Shown here one piece after another: positions 63,701 through 64,000 of a DNA stretch of 64,000 nt (position 1 is the stretch's first letter; each line of letters starts with the position of its first letter). The translations under genes and the position numbers were made by a program. Location: contig CM097885.1 in the NCBI GenBank assembly GCA_044892525.1, forward strand, positions 22,940,001 through 23,004,000, written 5' to 3'. The DNA is from Schmidtea polychroa. Its lineage: Eukaryota. Below the pieces are notes generated by a model, which did not search any database, had not been told where the DNA came from, and saw only the letters and a program-made list of their open reading frames with translations.

Positions 63701-63953
63701 GAGAAAAGGTATTCTAAAATCGGCTGGTAATAGAGGTATTCTATAAAATTGAACAAAAGAGAAATAATAATTTAATTCAGAAACATTTGTATGGATAATT
63801 ACTGACGGAATATTTACAAATTTAATTGAAGTAATCGGGAAAGCGATCCGTGATTTTACTGATGCATACGGTGAAAATCAAATGTATGCTTTTGCGATTA
63901 TGCCCTGGAGTATTCACAACGAAACGAACTATCTTTGTTCGAGAGATTATCAA
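32807..63953 (+). CDS. Ankyrin-repeat-bearing TRPM-family cation channel, 5' part. Exons 32807-33085, 33138-33275, 54998-55096, 57159-57257, 57307-57387, 57434-57495, 59702-59855, (<63577)-63735, 63781-63953; continues past the window
   Basis: Phases are compatible at every GT-AG junction that can be checked; the exon 8 acceptor lies in an N gap. Ankyrin repeats: [11 protein letters not shown]|[15 protein letters not shown]|[12 protein letters not shown]|NEKSPLQYG. These lead into TRPM MHR1/SLOG motifs [65 protein letters not shown]. Confidence 0.85.
33870..34700 (-). pseudogene. Penelope-like retroelement 3' remnant (GIY-YIG endonuclease C-terminus)
   Basis: ORF 33879-34118 IKDHNKGC...SDFKILS...[18 protein letters not shown]...LNVFN* matches the PLE endonuclease tail; the upstream RT thumb region is decayed. 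Confidence 0.6.
34802..35039. mobile_element. 238-bp Tc1/mariner (Stowaway-like) MITE
   Basis: Perfect 25-bp TIR CTCCCTCTGTCCAAAAATGATAGTC; TA on both sides. Confidence 0.95.
35430..36020. repeat. Outer arm module: ~194-bp tandem units made of ~55-bp subunits (mirrored, shorter, at ~50570-50960)
   Basis: CACTATAGTGAGGTG(A/G)GTCTCCTTGGACCTGAG recurs at ~35578, ~35771 and ~35965. Confidence 0.85.
36030..36540. repeat. ~31-bp AT-rich tandem repeat module (mirrored at ~50010-50570)
   Basis: About 16 copies of AAATTAAATTA(C/A)AGTAAATTATGGT(C/T)C(T)AA. Confidence 0.9.
36760..38540. repeat. C/A-rich complex satellite with a 257-bp higher-order repeat (mirrored and shorter at ~48740-49660)
   Basis: Shuffled CAACCAGTTAC, TAACAACTAG and ATACCAAGTAC motifs; the anchor AGTACCTACAACCTACAAC recurs at 37131, 37388, 37645 and 37902. 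Confidence 0.9.
39375..42481. mobile_element. Nested ~3.1 kb non-coding TIR element with TA flanks (left-arm copy)
   Basis: CTCTGACTTTATCCGACA... / ...TGTCGGATAAACTCAGAG, each bounded by TATA. Subterminal GTCGTAAGGGTAC repeats; internal ~170, ~45 and ~19-bp tandem repeats. Confidence 0.8.
43158..43331. other. Assembly gap in the foldback loop
   Basis: Run of N. Confidence 1.
44732..48005. mobile_element. Nested ~3.3 kb TIR element, mirrored right-arm copy
   Basis: Perfect 18-bp TIR CTCTGAGTTTATCCGACA at 44732 and inverted ending at 48005; TA flanks. Confidence 0.8.
51715..52150. repeat. C-poor G/T/A degenerate tandem repeat
   Basis: Repeated AAATTTGGGAAATTTTTGAGTTGGGAAAATTTGGG variants. 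Confidence 0.85.
54330..54502. repeat. 173-bp near-perfect hairpin (MITE-like), ~78-bp arms, ~18-nt loop
   Basis: CAGTCAAACATT...TCATCATCAGGTGGGATATAATAACTATGTGAATTAA followed by its reverse complement TTAATTTACATAGTTATTATATCCCACCTGATGATGA...AATGTTTGATTG. Confidence 0.85.
55598..56050. mobile_element. 453-bp hAT MITE
   Basis: TIRs TAAGCTTGCCAACT and AGTTGGCAACCTTA; perfect 8-bp TSD tttacaaa. Confidence 0.9.
60342..60712. repeat. ~65-bp direct repeat pair (~60342 and ~60612) followed by a (CA)n(TA)n microsatellite
   Basis: GAACTTGAGAA(T/C)GGAGATGACGG(A/G)CAGTCATTC..ATGTAT.TGGCATTGCA.CCATGACA occurs twice. Confidence 0.8.
61860..62050 (-). pseudogene. MULE SWIM-domain transposase C-terminal remnant
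   Basis: [49 protein letters not shown] (SWIM tail plus AT-hook-like KRKRGR). Confidence 0.6.
62460..63010 (+). pseudogene. Ty3/gypsy protease-RT remnant
   Basis: [18 protein letters not shown]...LLFGMDLL (retropepsin), then [11 protein letters not shown] (start of RT); stops and frameshifts. Confidence 0.7.
63392..63576. other. Assembly gap hiding the start of a TRPM exon
   Basis: Run of N immediately before SINTKFETT. Confidence 0.95.
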
Positions 63954-64000
63954 GTTCCATAATCATAAGTTATTTGAAAGAACATTTATTCTCAATTAGG

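Noticed and set aside
1-64000. tRNA, rRNA or snRNA genes
   Set aside because: None recognised by eye; tRNAscan-SE or Infernal would be needed to exclude them.

Overview
AT-rich eukaryotic (metazoan, probably invertebrate) genomic DNA with spliceosomal introns. The introns are either tiny (about 41-65 bp) or kilobases long and filled with transposon debris. Host genes read manually across splice sites: the 3' end of an LRRFIP1/2 homolog (+), a complete UFM1 (+), VPS41 (-, about 15 kb), a divergent two-exon gene with an OCRE domain fused to an unrecognised N-terminus (+), and the 5' part of a TRPM-type channel gene that carries about 4 N-terminal ankyrin repeats (+, 32807 to past the window end). 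The dominant structure is a ~15.6 kb non-coding foldback (35383-51007) inside a 21.7-kb intron of the ankyrin-TRPM gene. It has ~7 kb inverted arms built from tandem-repeat modules around a ~1.1 kb loop, and each arm carries a mirrored ~3.1-3.3 kb TA-flanked TIR element. The rest is decayed mariner, Tc1/IS630, MULE, hAT, Helitron, Penelope and Ty3/gypsy sequence, MITEs and minisatellites. There are four N gaps. All calls come from manual translation and motif recognition; no database search was run.
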